Below, one piece after another: positions 8,840-16,308 of a DNA stretch of 43,268 nucleotides (the stretch's first letter is position 1; each line of letters begins with the position of its first letter). Origin of the DNA: Patescibacteria group bacterium (GTDB taxonomy: Bacteria; Patescibacteriota; Patescibacteriia; Patescibacteriales; UBA12465). Made by a program: the position numbers and the translations under genes. Under the pieces are notes generated by a model. That model was not told where the DNA came from. It ran no database searches and saw nothing but the letters and a program-made list of their open reading frames with translations. The stretch is from assembly GCA_029982795.1 (NCBI GenBank), contig JARRBY010000003.1, positions 1 through 43,268 on the forward strand, in the 5' to 3' direction.

Positions 8840-9880
8840 ATGAGAAAACTAAAATTATTATTTTTAGTCTTGATTTTAAGTGTCTTATTTTTTCCGTTGA
8901 CAACAAAGGCAACGTCTTTAGCAGAAAAAATGGTTGGAAAAATATTATTGCAAGTTGAAGATAAAGGGCAAGCTTGGTATGTTTATCCGCAAGACTTAAA
9001 AAAATATTATTTAGGTCGTCCCGCTGATGCTTTAGCTGTTATGCAAAAATTAGGATTGGGGGTTAGGCCGGAGATAATAAATCAAGATTTACTGCCGTCT
9101 AGGCTAAAAGGAATGATAATTTTAGATGTTTTAAATAATGGTGAAGCTTATTACGTTAATCCGCAAGACTTAAAAAAATATTATTTAGGTCGTCCCGCTG
9201 ATGCTTTAGCTGTTATGCAAAAATTAGGATTGGGGATTAGTAATAATGATTTAAAATATATTAATCGGGGTGAAGTTAAAGAGGAAATAGAAAATAGTGC
9301 TTCTTATTTAACAGGAGTTCCTTTTACCAGTCAGGCGCCAAATTTTAATTGGTCTGACTCTCGGTTACAAGATGGGTGTGAAGAAACTTCTGCTTTAATG
9401 GCAATTAAATGGGCAAAGGGGGAAAATTTAGATAAAGACGAAGCTTTAACTGAGATATTAAATATTTCCGATTATTTAAAAGATGCCTATGGTGAGTATC
9501 GTGATATTTCTGTAACTGATGTTAATTCTTGGATATTTCATGATTATTTTAATTACCAAAATACTAAAGTTTTATATGATGTAAATATGGTTGATATTAT
9601 TGATGAACTGGCTAAAGGAAATTTGGTTATCGCCCCTTTTAATGGACAATTATTAAATAATCCTTATTTTACAGGATTGGGTCCAGAAAGACATATGTTG
9701 GTGATAAGGGGATATGAAAAAGAGAATAATACTTTTATTACCAATGATCCCGGAACTCGTTATGGAGAAAATTATAAATACCCCGGTCGTGTTCTCTTTG
9801 CAGCAATTCGTGATTATGAAACGGGGTACCATAAACCGATAAAAGAAGTGAAAAAAAATATTATAGTCATTTCAAAGTGA
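8840..9880 (+). CDS. Secreted peptidase C39-like protein with two N-terminal CPR-type repeats
   Basis: Signal peptide; G(K/M)I(L/I)L..GxAxYVxP...YYLGRPADALAVMQKLGLG twice; VPFTSQAP...DGCEETS, HMLVIRGY, TNDPG give a Cys-His-Asp triad. Confidence 0.88.
   Translation: MRKLKLLFLVLILSVLFFPLTTKATSLAEKMVGKILLQVEDKGQAWYVYPQDLKKYYLGRPADALAVMQKLGLGVRPEIINQDLLPSRLKGMIILDVLNNGEAYYVNPQDLKKYYLGRPADALAVMQKLGLGISNNDLKYINRGEVKEEIENSASYLTGVPFTSQAPNFNWSDSRLQDGCEETSALMAIKWAKGENLDKDEALTEILNISDYLKDAYGEYRDISVTDVNSWIFHDYFNYQNTKVLYDVNMVDIIDELAKGNLVIAPFNGQLLNNPYFTGLGPERHMLVIRGYEKENNTFITNDPGTRYGENYKYPGRVLFAAIRDYETGYHKPIKEVKKNIIVISK
8985..9235 (+). repeat. Exact 77-nt direct repeat inside the CDS (8985-9061 and 9159-9235)
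   Basis: ATCCGCAAGAC...GGATTGGGG identical in both copies, 174 nt apart. Confidence 0.92.
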
Positions 9881-9905
9881 AATAAAAAGCAATAAAAACA
9901 GGGGT

Positions 9906-9982
9906 TTGACGATAGGTGATAAATTTGCTACTATATCAATATATAGTAGTTTTTTTATAAATTAAAACACTATATATAGTAT
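9906..9982 (+). promoter_or_regulatory. nrdJ promoter with two NrdR boxes
   Basis: TTGACG-17-TACTAT (9906-9934); tatCAATATATAGtag (9934-9949) and acaCTATATATAGtat (9967-9982) match the acaCwAtATaTwGtgt consensus, 33 bp apart. Confidence 0.85.
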
Positions 9983-10020
9983 AAATTTGTTTTTAATTTA
10001 TTATTAATTTTAAAAGTCTT

Positions 10021-12324
10021 ATGACAAACAGTAAACGTGAGGCGATTGGTAAAATCAGAAAACGGGATGGTCGCTTAGTGGCTTTCGATGCCAATTTTAT
10101 TATTAACGCTGTTACCAAAGCTTTTAAGCAAGTTGGGGCAGAAACTAACGGTTTTCCTAAAAAAATTAGTCAACAAGTAGAATCGGATTTACGTCGTTTG
10201 AAACGTTTATCAAAGGATAAAGACTTTATTCCCACAGTTGAAGTTATTCAAGATATAGTTGAGGAACAATTGATGATAAATGGATTTTCTAAGGTAGCTC
10301 GAGCTTATATTTTATATCGTGAAGAAAGGGCAAAAATTAGAGCAGCCGCTCGAAAAGTACCAGAACATGTAAAAAAATTAACTCAAGAAAGTAAAAAATA
10401 TTTTAAAAATCCCCTTGCTGAGTTTATTTTTTATCGCTCATATTCTCGTTGGATAGAGGAAGAAGGAAGACGTGAAACTTGGATAGAAACCGTTGATCGG
10501 TATATAAATTTTATGAAGGATAAATTGCAGGATAAGTTAACTGTCAAGGAATATGAAGAATTACGAGAGGCAATTTTAAAACAAGAAGTAATGCCTTCAA
10601 TGCGTTTAATGCAATTTTCCGGTAAAGCCGTCGAAAGAACTAATGTTTGTGCCTATAATTGTTCCTATATTGCTCCAGAAAATTTTCAAGATATTGCTGA
10701 AATCATGTATGTTTCTATGTGTGGTACGGGAGTAGGTTGGTCGGTAGAAAGTCGTAATGTGGAAAAATTTCCTCAAATTATGATTCAAACCGGGATAAAA
10801 AGAGATAAGTATATAATTCCTGATAGCAAGGAAGGTTGGGCAGATGCTTTGGCACTGGGAATGAAGGTTTGGGCAAAGGGAGAAGATATTGAATTTGATT
10901 ATTCATTGTTAAGACCGGCGGGAGCCCGTCTTAAAACCATGGGCGGAAAAAGTTCGGGCCCGGAGCCATTAAGACAGTTGTTAGACTTTACTCGTGTAAA
11001 AATGTTAAATCGTCAGGGCAGACGTCTAAGAACTATTGATTTGCATGATATTATTTGCATGATTGGCTATTGTGTTGTTTCTGGTGGTGTAAGGAGAAGC
11101 GCCATGATTTCATTATCTGACCTCGATGATAGAGATATACGTGATGCAAAAAAGGGGCAATTTTATATTACCGAACCACAAAGAAGTTTAGCAAATAATT
11201 CAGCGGTATTTATGAAAAAACCTGACAATGAAGAGTTTTTAAGTGAATGGTTGGCGCTTATTAAATCTGGTTCCGGAGAAAGAGGTATCTTTAATCGTGG
11301 TTCATTGGTAAAAACATTGCCGGCGCGCCGTTTGGAAATATTGCGTGAGAAAAAGGGGTTTTTCTCTGCTGATGGTCAAATTATGTTAGGTCAAATGGGT
11401 ACTAATCCTTGCGGGGAAATTATTTTGCAATCAAAGCAGTTTTGTAATTTATCTGAAGTGGTGGCAAGAGCTGAAGATGATGAAGAATCTTTACTGCGAA
11501 AGGTAAAATTAGCCGCTATTTTAGGGACTTATCAGGCCACTTTAACTGATTTCCCTTATTTATCAAAAACATGGCAAATAAATTGTGAAAGTGAACGTTT
11601 GTTGGGAGTTTCGGTGACTGGTCAATGGGATTCAAAAGTAGCTCGTGAGGAAAAGGTTCTACAAAAGTTAAAGGATGAGGCGGTAAGGGTAAATAAATTA
11701 TATGCGAAAAAATTTGGCATTAATCAGTCTTCTGCAGTAACTTGTGTTAAACCATCAGGCACAGTTTCACAATTAACTGATTGTGCTTCCGGAATGCATG
11801 CTCGTTATGCTCCTTATTATATCCGTCGCGTTCGTATTTCGGCAACTGATTCTTTATTTAGAATGTTACGTGATCAAGGAGTACCTTTTAAACCTGAAGT
11901 GGGACAATCATATGAAAATGCAACAACTTTTGTTTTTGAATTTCCGGTTAGAGCCCCAAAGGGGTCTATCTTTAGTCGTGATTTATCGGCTCTTGATCAG
12001 TTAGAGCATTGGAAGAAGGTAAAACTTAATTTCACAGAACATAATCCTTCTGTTACTATTTCTGTTGGTGAAAATGAATGGATAGAGGTAGCTGATTGGG
12101 TTTATAATAATTGGGATATAGTTGGTGGTTTATCTTTCTTGCCTCGTTCAAATCATATTTATGATCTTGCTCCTTATGAGGAAATTAATAAGGAAAAATA
12201 TGATGAATTGATGGTTAAATTTAAGGATATGGATTTTGCTCAAATTGTTGTTTATGAAAAAAAAGATGAAACTGAGGCAAAGAAAGAATTAGCTTGCGCT
12301 GGTGGCGCTTGTGAAGTTAATTAA
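10021..12324 (+). CDS. nrdJ: Class II adenosylcobalamin-dependent ribonucleoside-triphosphate reductase (monomeric type) with N-terminal ATP cone
   Basis: IRKRDGR ATP cone; AYNCSY, VVSGGVRRSAMISL, GTNPCGEI, FCNLSE, TCVKPSGTVSQL; C-terminal ACAGGACE. Confidence 0.95.
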   Translation: MTNSKREAIGKIRKRDGRLVAFDANFIINAVTKAFKQVGAETNGFPKKISQQVESDLRRLKRLSKDKDFIPTVEVIQDIVEEQLMINGFSKVARAYILYREERAKIRAAARKVPEHVKKLTQESKKYFKNPLAEFIFYRSYSRWIEEEGRRETWIETVDRYINFMKDKLQDKLTVKEYEELREAILKQEVMPSMRLMQFSGKAVERTNVCAYNCSYIAPENFQDIAEIMYVSMCGTGVGWSVESRNVEKFPQIMIQTGIKRDKYIIPDSKEGWADALALGMKVWAKGEDIEFDYSLLRPAGARLKTMGGKSSGPEPLRQLLDFTRVKMLNRQGRRLRTIDLHDIICMIGYCVVSGGVRRSAMISLSDLDDRDIRDAKKGQFYITEPQRSLANNSAVFMKKPDNEEFLSEWLALIKSGSGERGIFNRGSLVKTLPARRLEILREKKGFFSADGQIMLGQMGTNPCGEIILQSKQFCNLSEVVARAEDDEESLLRKVKLAAILGTYQATLTDFPYLSKTWQINCESERLLGVSVTGQWDSKVAREEKVLQKLKDEAVRVNKLYAKKFGINQSSAVTCVKPSGTVSQLTDCASGMHARYAPYYIRRVRISATDSLFRMLRDQGVPFKPEVGQSYENATTFVFEFPVRAPKGSIFSRDLSALDQLEHWKKVKLNFTEHNPSVTISVGENEWIEVADWVYNNWDIVGGLSFLPRSNHIYDLAPYEEINKEKYDELMVKFKDMDFAQIVVYEKKDETEAKKELACAGGACEVN

Positions 12325-12327
12325 AAT

Positions 12328-12864
12328 ATGTATTACACTGGTCAAGGTGATACTGGTAGCTCAAAATTATTTAATTCTTCCAGTCGATTAGCTAAAAGTG
12401 AACAAATTTTTGTAGTTTTAGGAACTTTAGATGAATTAAACTCATATTTAGGTTTTGCTTCAACTTTTAGTGAACAAGAAACACAAATTTTAGTCGCTCT
12501 TAAAAGGGAACAGGATAATTTATTTACTTTACAAGCTCATTTTGCCAAGGCTCAGTTAACAATTAGTCCGGATTTAATTATTAATTTGGAGGCTGATATT
12601 AATAAATGGGAAAAAGAAATAAGTCCCATTAATAATTTTATTGTTCCCGGCGGCAGCAAACTAAGTGCTATTTTAGATATAGCACGAACGATAGCACGTC
12701 GAGCAGAAAGGGAAGCCCTTTCCTTAAATACTGAGATTAGAATTAGTTATAATAAATTAGCTTTTGTTTATCTTAATCGTTTGTCTAGTTGGTTATATGT
12801 GTTAGCGCGACTTGCGAATTATAAAACGGAGCAACCGGAAATAACTCCGCAATATAATAAATAA
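12328..12864 (+). CDS. pduO: ATP:cob(I)alamin adenosyltransferase, PduO type
   Basis: YTGQGDTGSS, GTLDELNS, FIVPGG, ARTIARRAER, YLNRLSSWLYVLAR. Confidence 0.93.
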   Translation: MYYTGQGDTGSSKLFNSSSRLAKSEQIFVVLGTLDELNSYLGFASTFSEQETQILVALKREQDNLFTLQAHFAKAQLTISPDLIINLEADINKWEKEISPINNFIVPGGSKLSAILDIARTIARRAEREALSLNTEIRISYNKLAFVYLNRLSSWLYVLARLANYKTEQPEITPQYNK

Positions 12865-12882
12865 ATTATTAATAAAAAATAT

Positions 12883-13161
12883 ATGTTATATGAAGAAAGA
12901 AATAAATTAAGTGAAAAAACTTTAGATATTAAAAGAGCCATTGATTCTTTAAAAGAAGAAATGGAAGCGGTTGATTTATATCATCAAAGAGCGGATGCAA
13001 CTTTGGCTGAAGATTTAAAGCGTATTCTTATCCATAATGCTAATGAAGAAAAAGAGCATGCTGCGATGTTAATTGAATGGTTAAGAAAAAATGATGAAAT
13101 TTTTGCTAAAGAATTAAAAGATAATCTATATCAAGAAGAGATTAATACTAATCATAAATAA
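12883..13161 (+). CDS. Encapsulin-associated-type ferritin-like protein (EncFtn/Flp family)
   Basis: RAIDSLKEEMEAVDLYHQRADA...ILIHNANEEKEHAAMLIEWLR; no C-terminal LxIGSL-type targeting peptide. Confidence 0.88.
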   Translation: MLYEERNKLSEKTLDIKRAIDSLKEEMEAVDLYHQRADATLAEDLKRILIHNANEEKEHAAMLIEWLRKNDEIFAKELKDNLYQEEINTNHK

Positions 13162-13188
13162 GCTGGTAAAAATAATTAGGAATCCAAT

Positions 13189-13214
13189 AAAAAACCGATT
13201 AAAGTCGGTTTTTT
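13189..13214 (+). terminator. Intrinsic terminator of the nrdJ operon
   Basis: AAAAACCGATT/AGTCGGTTTTT stem. Confidence 0.8.
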
Positions 13215-13276
13215 GTTTTATTAGTAAATATTACAATAAAAAGCTAAAAATATTGCTTTTTTCTCAAAACTGTTCG

Positions 13277-13305
13277 TTGACATAATATCATTATTATGAT
13301 ATAAT
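13277..13305 (+). promoter_or_regulatory. Consensus sigma70 promoter
   Basis: TTGACA-17-TATAAT with TG extension. Confidence 0.85.
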
Positions 13306-13335
13306 AATTTTTATAATTAAGGAACCTTAAAAAAT

Positions 13336-13391
13336 ATTCTACTCTAGCTAATAGCTATTCTATTCAGGATAATTATTAGCTGGGGCAGAAT
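13336..13391 (+). other. 26-bp RNA hairpin in a long 5' leader
   Basis: 13336-13361 pairs with 13366-13391 with 4 G-U pairs and 2 mismatches; ATTC loop. Confidence 0.7.
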
Positions 13392-13471
13392 TAATAACGA
13401 TTCGAGAACGGCAACAATTCGCAATATAGTCTATAAAAAGACAAAGTTGCAAAATTATAGGAGATATAACA

Positions 13472-13909
13472 ATGAAGAGTCAACTGGAAATTAAACCAAT
13501 TGCACACCTAATTGATTGTAATGCAAATCCTTCTACTCCGGCTGGTTGGTTATTTGAGGAGCACAAGAGGAATGGACTCTTCGAATTTGATCCTGCCAAG
13601 GTTTTCCTTTATCTGTCTGAAAAGCAGAAAAAAGGCACAATTTCTGGGTATGATCTTCGTAAGGAATTGAGGAATAAGCCAGTAATGAATGCTAACGTTC
13701 TTGATTATTTGTTGGCACATATTGAACTTATTCCAGAAGAATGGAAAGGTAAGTTTGTATATTTTTGGGGCACTATTTATCGCTATTCCATTGACAGTCT
13801 CTATGTTCGTTGTCTTTTATGGGATAGCTACAATTTAGAGTGGCGCTGTTGTTACATTTGGCTTAATTACAAATTTAATTCTAATGATTTTGCCGCCCTT
13901 ATAATATGA
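13472..13909 (+). CDS. Probable DGR variable (target) protein of CPR type
   Basis: IDCNANP...NANVLDYLLAH-ELIPEEWKGK-VYFWGTIYR...LYVRCL-W...W...WL...F...AAL matches the CPR DGR target family as recalled; 33 of the last 42 codons end in C or T. Confidence 0.75.
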   Translation: MKSQLEIKPIAHLIDCNANPSTPAGWLFEEHKRNGLFEFDPAKVFLYLSEKQKKGTISGYDLRKELRNKPVMNANVLDYLLAHIELIPEEWKGKFVYFWGTIYRYSIDSLYVRCLLWDSYNLEWRCCYIWLNYKFNSNDFAALII

Positions 13910-13928
13910 CTTTTAAATTTTGTCATTT

Positions 13929-13974
13929 GACCTTGGTTTTTAAACATAACGTTTATATAACCAAGGTCTTTTTT
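13929..13974 (+). terminator. Hairpin/terminator directly after the putative variable region
   Basis: GACCTTGGTT/AACCAAGGTC outer stem, inner TAAAC/GTTTA, then T6. Confidence 0.75.
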
Positions 13975-14031
13975 AATATTTTTCTTGCCTTAAAATAGAA
14001 ACGCGTCTTCATTTTATCTTCATTTTGTATA

Positions 14032-14060
14032 TTGACATTATATTTTAAATATGTTATAAT
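14032..14060 (+). promoter_or_regulatory. Consensus sigma70 promoter
   Basis: TTGACA-17-TATAAT with TG extension. Confidence 0.85.
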
Positions 14061-14134
14061 TAACTTTGTAATCAAGCAGATTAAAAAATCAGCATTTATG
14101 ATTACATTATTGTACAATCAAAAAATAATAAGGC

Positions 14135-14287
14135 ATGAAAAAAAAATTAAAAAAAGCAAGCGCAAAAACAAAAAGAGAGTTTAAATGTGAATCATTTGGA
14201 AATAGGTGCTCAATTTGTGGCACTTACTTTGATGAAGATGGTGTTTGTTCTTTTGGCCATGAACTAGGCCAAACTTATATCATCTAA
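14135..14287 (+). CDS. Small basic zinc-finger-like protein (50 aa)
   Basis: MKKKLKKASAKTKREFKCESFGNRCSICGTYFDEDGVCSFGHELGQTYII translated by hand; CxxC-x9-C-x3-H; has its own promoter and terminator. Confidence 0.75.
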   Translation: MKKKLKKASAKTKREFKCESFGNRCSICGTYFDEDGVCSFGHELGQTYII

Positions 14288-14305
14288 CAGATTTTTGAAA
14301 AATAT

Positions 14306-14333
14306 ACCCGTTGTTACAAACAGCGGGTTTTTT
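14306..14333 (+). terminator. Intrinsic terminator
   Basis: ACCCGTTGTT/AACAGCGGGT stem followed by a T run. Confidence 0.8.
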
Positions 14334-14460
14334 ATTTTTTAAACTTGGTTTTTGCTGTTTGTCATGTTATAATATAAATGTCAGTTTAATAGAAATTAAA
14401 GCTAATAATTAGATTATAAATTATAAAGATTATAATTAATTAGATAAACTTTAATTTCAT

Positions 14461-14612
14461 GATACTTATTGACGCCTAGCCGCCTCTGTGGACGGCAAGA
14501 TGTCAACGTTTTAAGTTTTAATACGAGTAAGTAATACTCTATTTACAACTTATAAAGCGTTAAAGGTTTAATTTTAACTGTCCAAGAGGTAGCTGGGTTT
14601 TCTGATGAGATT
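14461..14612 (+). ncRNA. ssrS: Probable 6S RNA (ends approximate)
   Basis: Rod fold: closing stem CCTAGCCGCCTCT-G-TGGACGG / CTGTCCA-AGAGGTAGCTGGG, central bubble, apical stem AACGTTTT..AAGTT..AATA..GAGTA / TACTC..TATT..AACTT..AAGCGTT; G-U pairs favour the + strand; TGTTATAAT at 14365-14373. Confidence 0.65.
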
Positions 14613-14691
14613 GTTTGTTAAAACTTTATTTTTACTTTAAAACCAAACAGGTATCGGTTTTTATTTTTTCTAATTTTTATAACATTAAAAA

Positions 14692-15123
14692 ATGCGTAAA
14701 AAAACTTTAGCTTTTATTGAAATTGCTTTAATTATAATTTTTATTTTTATTCTTCTTCTTTTTTCTTTATGGCTTTTAGAGCAGGGGAAAATAAGGGCTA
14801 ATGATGCGAAAAAGATAGCTGATGTAAAAGAAATACAGAGTGCTTTAGCTTTATATTTTCATGAAAATAATGATTATCCTGACATACTGGAAAGTAATAA
14901 TGCTTTACAAAGTCGAACAACAATTTATCTTGATATTGTTCCTGAAGCACCTATAAGCAAGGGGGAATGTGCTTCTTTTGGCTATAATTACCAAAGAAAT
15001 ATTGAACAAGAAGGGAATCCGTCCTATACTTTAGAGTACTGTCTTAGTCAAGCGTCAGCTGATATTCCAGCTGGAATAAATACGGCAACACCAGCTGGTT
15101 TAAGTTTAAGAAAAATTGATTAA
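14692..15123 (+). CDS. Type IV pilin / GspG-like protein with a degenerate prepilin motif
   Basis: KKTLAFIEIALII hydrophobic helix; RANDAKKIADVKEIQSALALYF..N..YP; C-terminal Cys pair (YTLEYCL). Confidence 0.8.
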   Translation: MRKKTLAFIEIALIIIFIFILLLFSLWLLEQGKIRANDAKKIADVKEIQSALALYFHENNDYPDILESNNALQSRTTIYLDIVPEAPISKGECASFGYNYQRNIEQEGNPSYTLEYCLSQASADIPAGINTATPAGLSLRKID

Positions 15124-15130
15124 TTTAAAT

Positions 15131-16270
15131 ATGGATATATACGAAAGGGCACTTAAATTACATAAAGAAAAAAAAGGAAAATTGGAGATAAAAAGCAAAG
15201 TTAAGATTAATGATAAAAATGATTTATCTTTAGCTTATAGCCCAGGGGTAGCCGCTGTATCTCGATTAATTGCGAGTGATAAAAAAAGTGCCTATACGCA
15301 CACTAATAAAGGTAATACTATTGCTGTGATTAGTGATGGGAGTGCTATTTTAGGCTTAGGTAATTTAGGGGCTTTAGCCGCTATCCCCGTAATGGAAGGA
15401 AAATGTGTTTTATTTAAGGAATTTGCCAATATTGATGCGATACCCATTTGCCTTGATACTCAGGATAGTGAAGAAATTATTAAAACTATTAAATATTTAG
15501 CACCAAATTATGGCGGAATTAATTTAGAAGATATAGCGGCTCCTCGTTGTTTTGAAATTGAGGCAAGATTAAAAAAAGAGTTAAATATTCCTGTTATGCA
15601 TGATGATCAACACGGTACGGCGGCAGTGGTATTAGCGGGTTTAATTAATGCTTTAAAAATTAAAAATATAAGTTACAGGGAGGCAAAAATTATTATTAAT
15701 GGGGCTGGTGCGGCTGGTTTAGCAATTGCAGATTTACTTATTAAATATGGTTTTTCTCAACTTATTGTACTTGATAGTAAAGGGGTGATACATGAGGGTC
15801 GCAGTGATTTAAATTTAGTTAAAGAAAAAATTGCAAAACTTACCAATCCGGAAAAAAAGAAAGGGGGCTTAGCTGAGGTTATTAAAAATACGGATGTTTT
15901 TATTGGTGTTAGTCAGGGTAAAGTTTTAACTAGAGAAATGATACTTAGTATGAGAGAAAAACCGGTTATATTTGCGCTTGCTAATCCTGAGCCAGAAATT
16001 ATGCCTGAAGTAGCCAAAGCGGCCGGCGCTTTTATTGTTGCTACTGGACGCAGTGATTATCCTAATCAAATTAATAATGTGCTTGCTTTTCCCGGTATTT
16101 TTCGAGGGGCTTTAGATAATAAAGTTGATCAAATTACCGATGAAATGTTGATTCAAGCTGCAAAAAATTTAGCTAGTTTAGTTAGCACGCCTACTCCTAA
16201 TGAGATTTTACCCAACCCATTTGATAAGCGGGTAGTTGTCGCTGTATCTAAAGCTATAAAAGTGTTATAA
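15131..16270 (+). CDS. NAD(P)-dependent malic enzyme (start moved to ATG 15131)
   Basis: LSLAYSPGVA, DGSAILGLGN, PVMEGK, INLEDIAAPRCF, HDDQHGTA, GAGAAG, ATGRSDYPNQINNVLAFPG. Confidence 0.95.
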   Translation: MDIYERALKLHKEKKGKLEIKSKVKINDKNDLSLAYSPGVAAVSRLIASDKKSAYTHTNKGNTIAVISDGSAILGLGNLGALAAIPVMEGKCVLFKEFANIDAIPICLDTQDSEEIIKTIKYLAPNYGGINLEDIAAPRCFEIEARLKKELNIPVMHDDQHGTAAVVLAGLINALKIKNISYREAKIIINGAGAAGLAIADLLIKYGFSQLIVLDSKGVIHEGRSDLNLVKEKIAKLTNPEKKKGGLAEVIKNTDVFIGVSQGKVLTREMILSMREKPVIFALANPEPEIMPEVAKAAGAFIVATGRSDYPNQINNVLAFPGIFRGALDNKVDQITDEMLIQAAKNLASLVSTPTPNEILPNPFDKRVVVAVSKAIKVL

Positions 16271-16308
16271 TTTTAAAAAAGCGTTAACTTTATTAATTAT
16301 TAATTTAT

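Noticed and set aside
8985-9235. The 77-nt repeat as a DGR template/variable pair or a CRISPR repeat
   Set aside because: Both copies are in-frame protein repeats with no adenine-specific differences inside them, and there are only two copies
13910-14690. DGR template repeat or RT next to the target gene
   Set aside because: No AAC-rich copy of the variable region and no RT motif (YxDD in RT context) seen anywhere in the window
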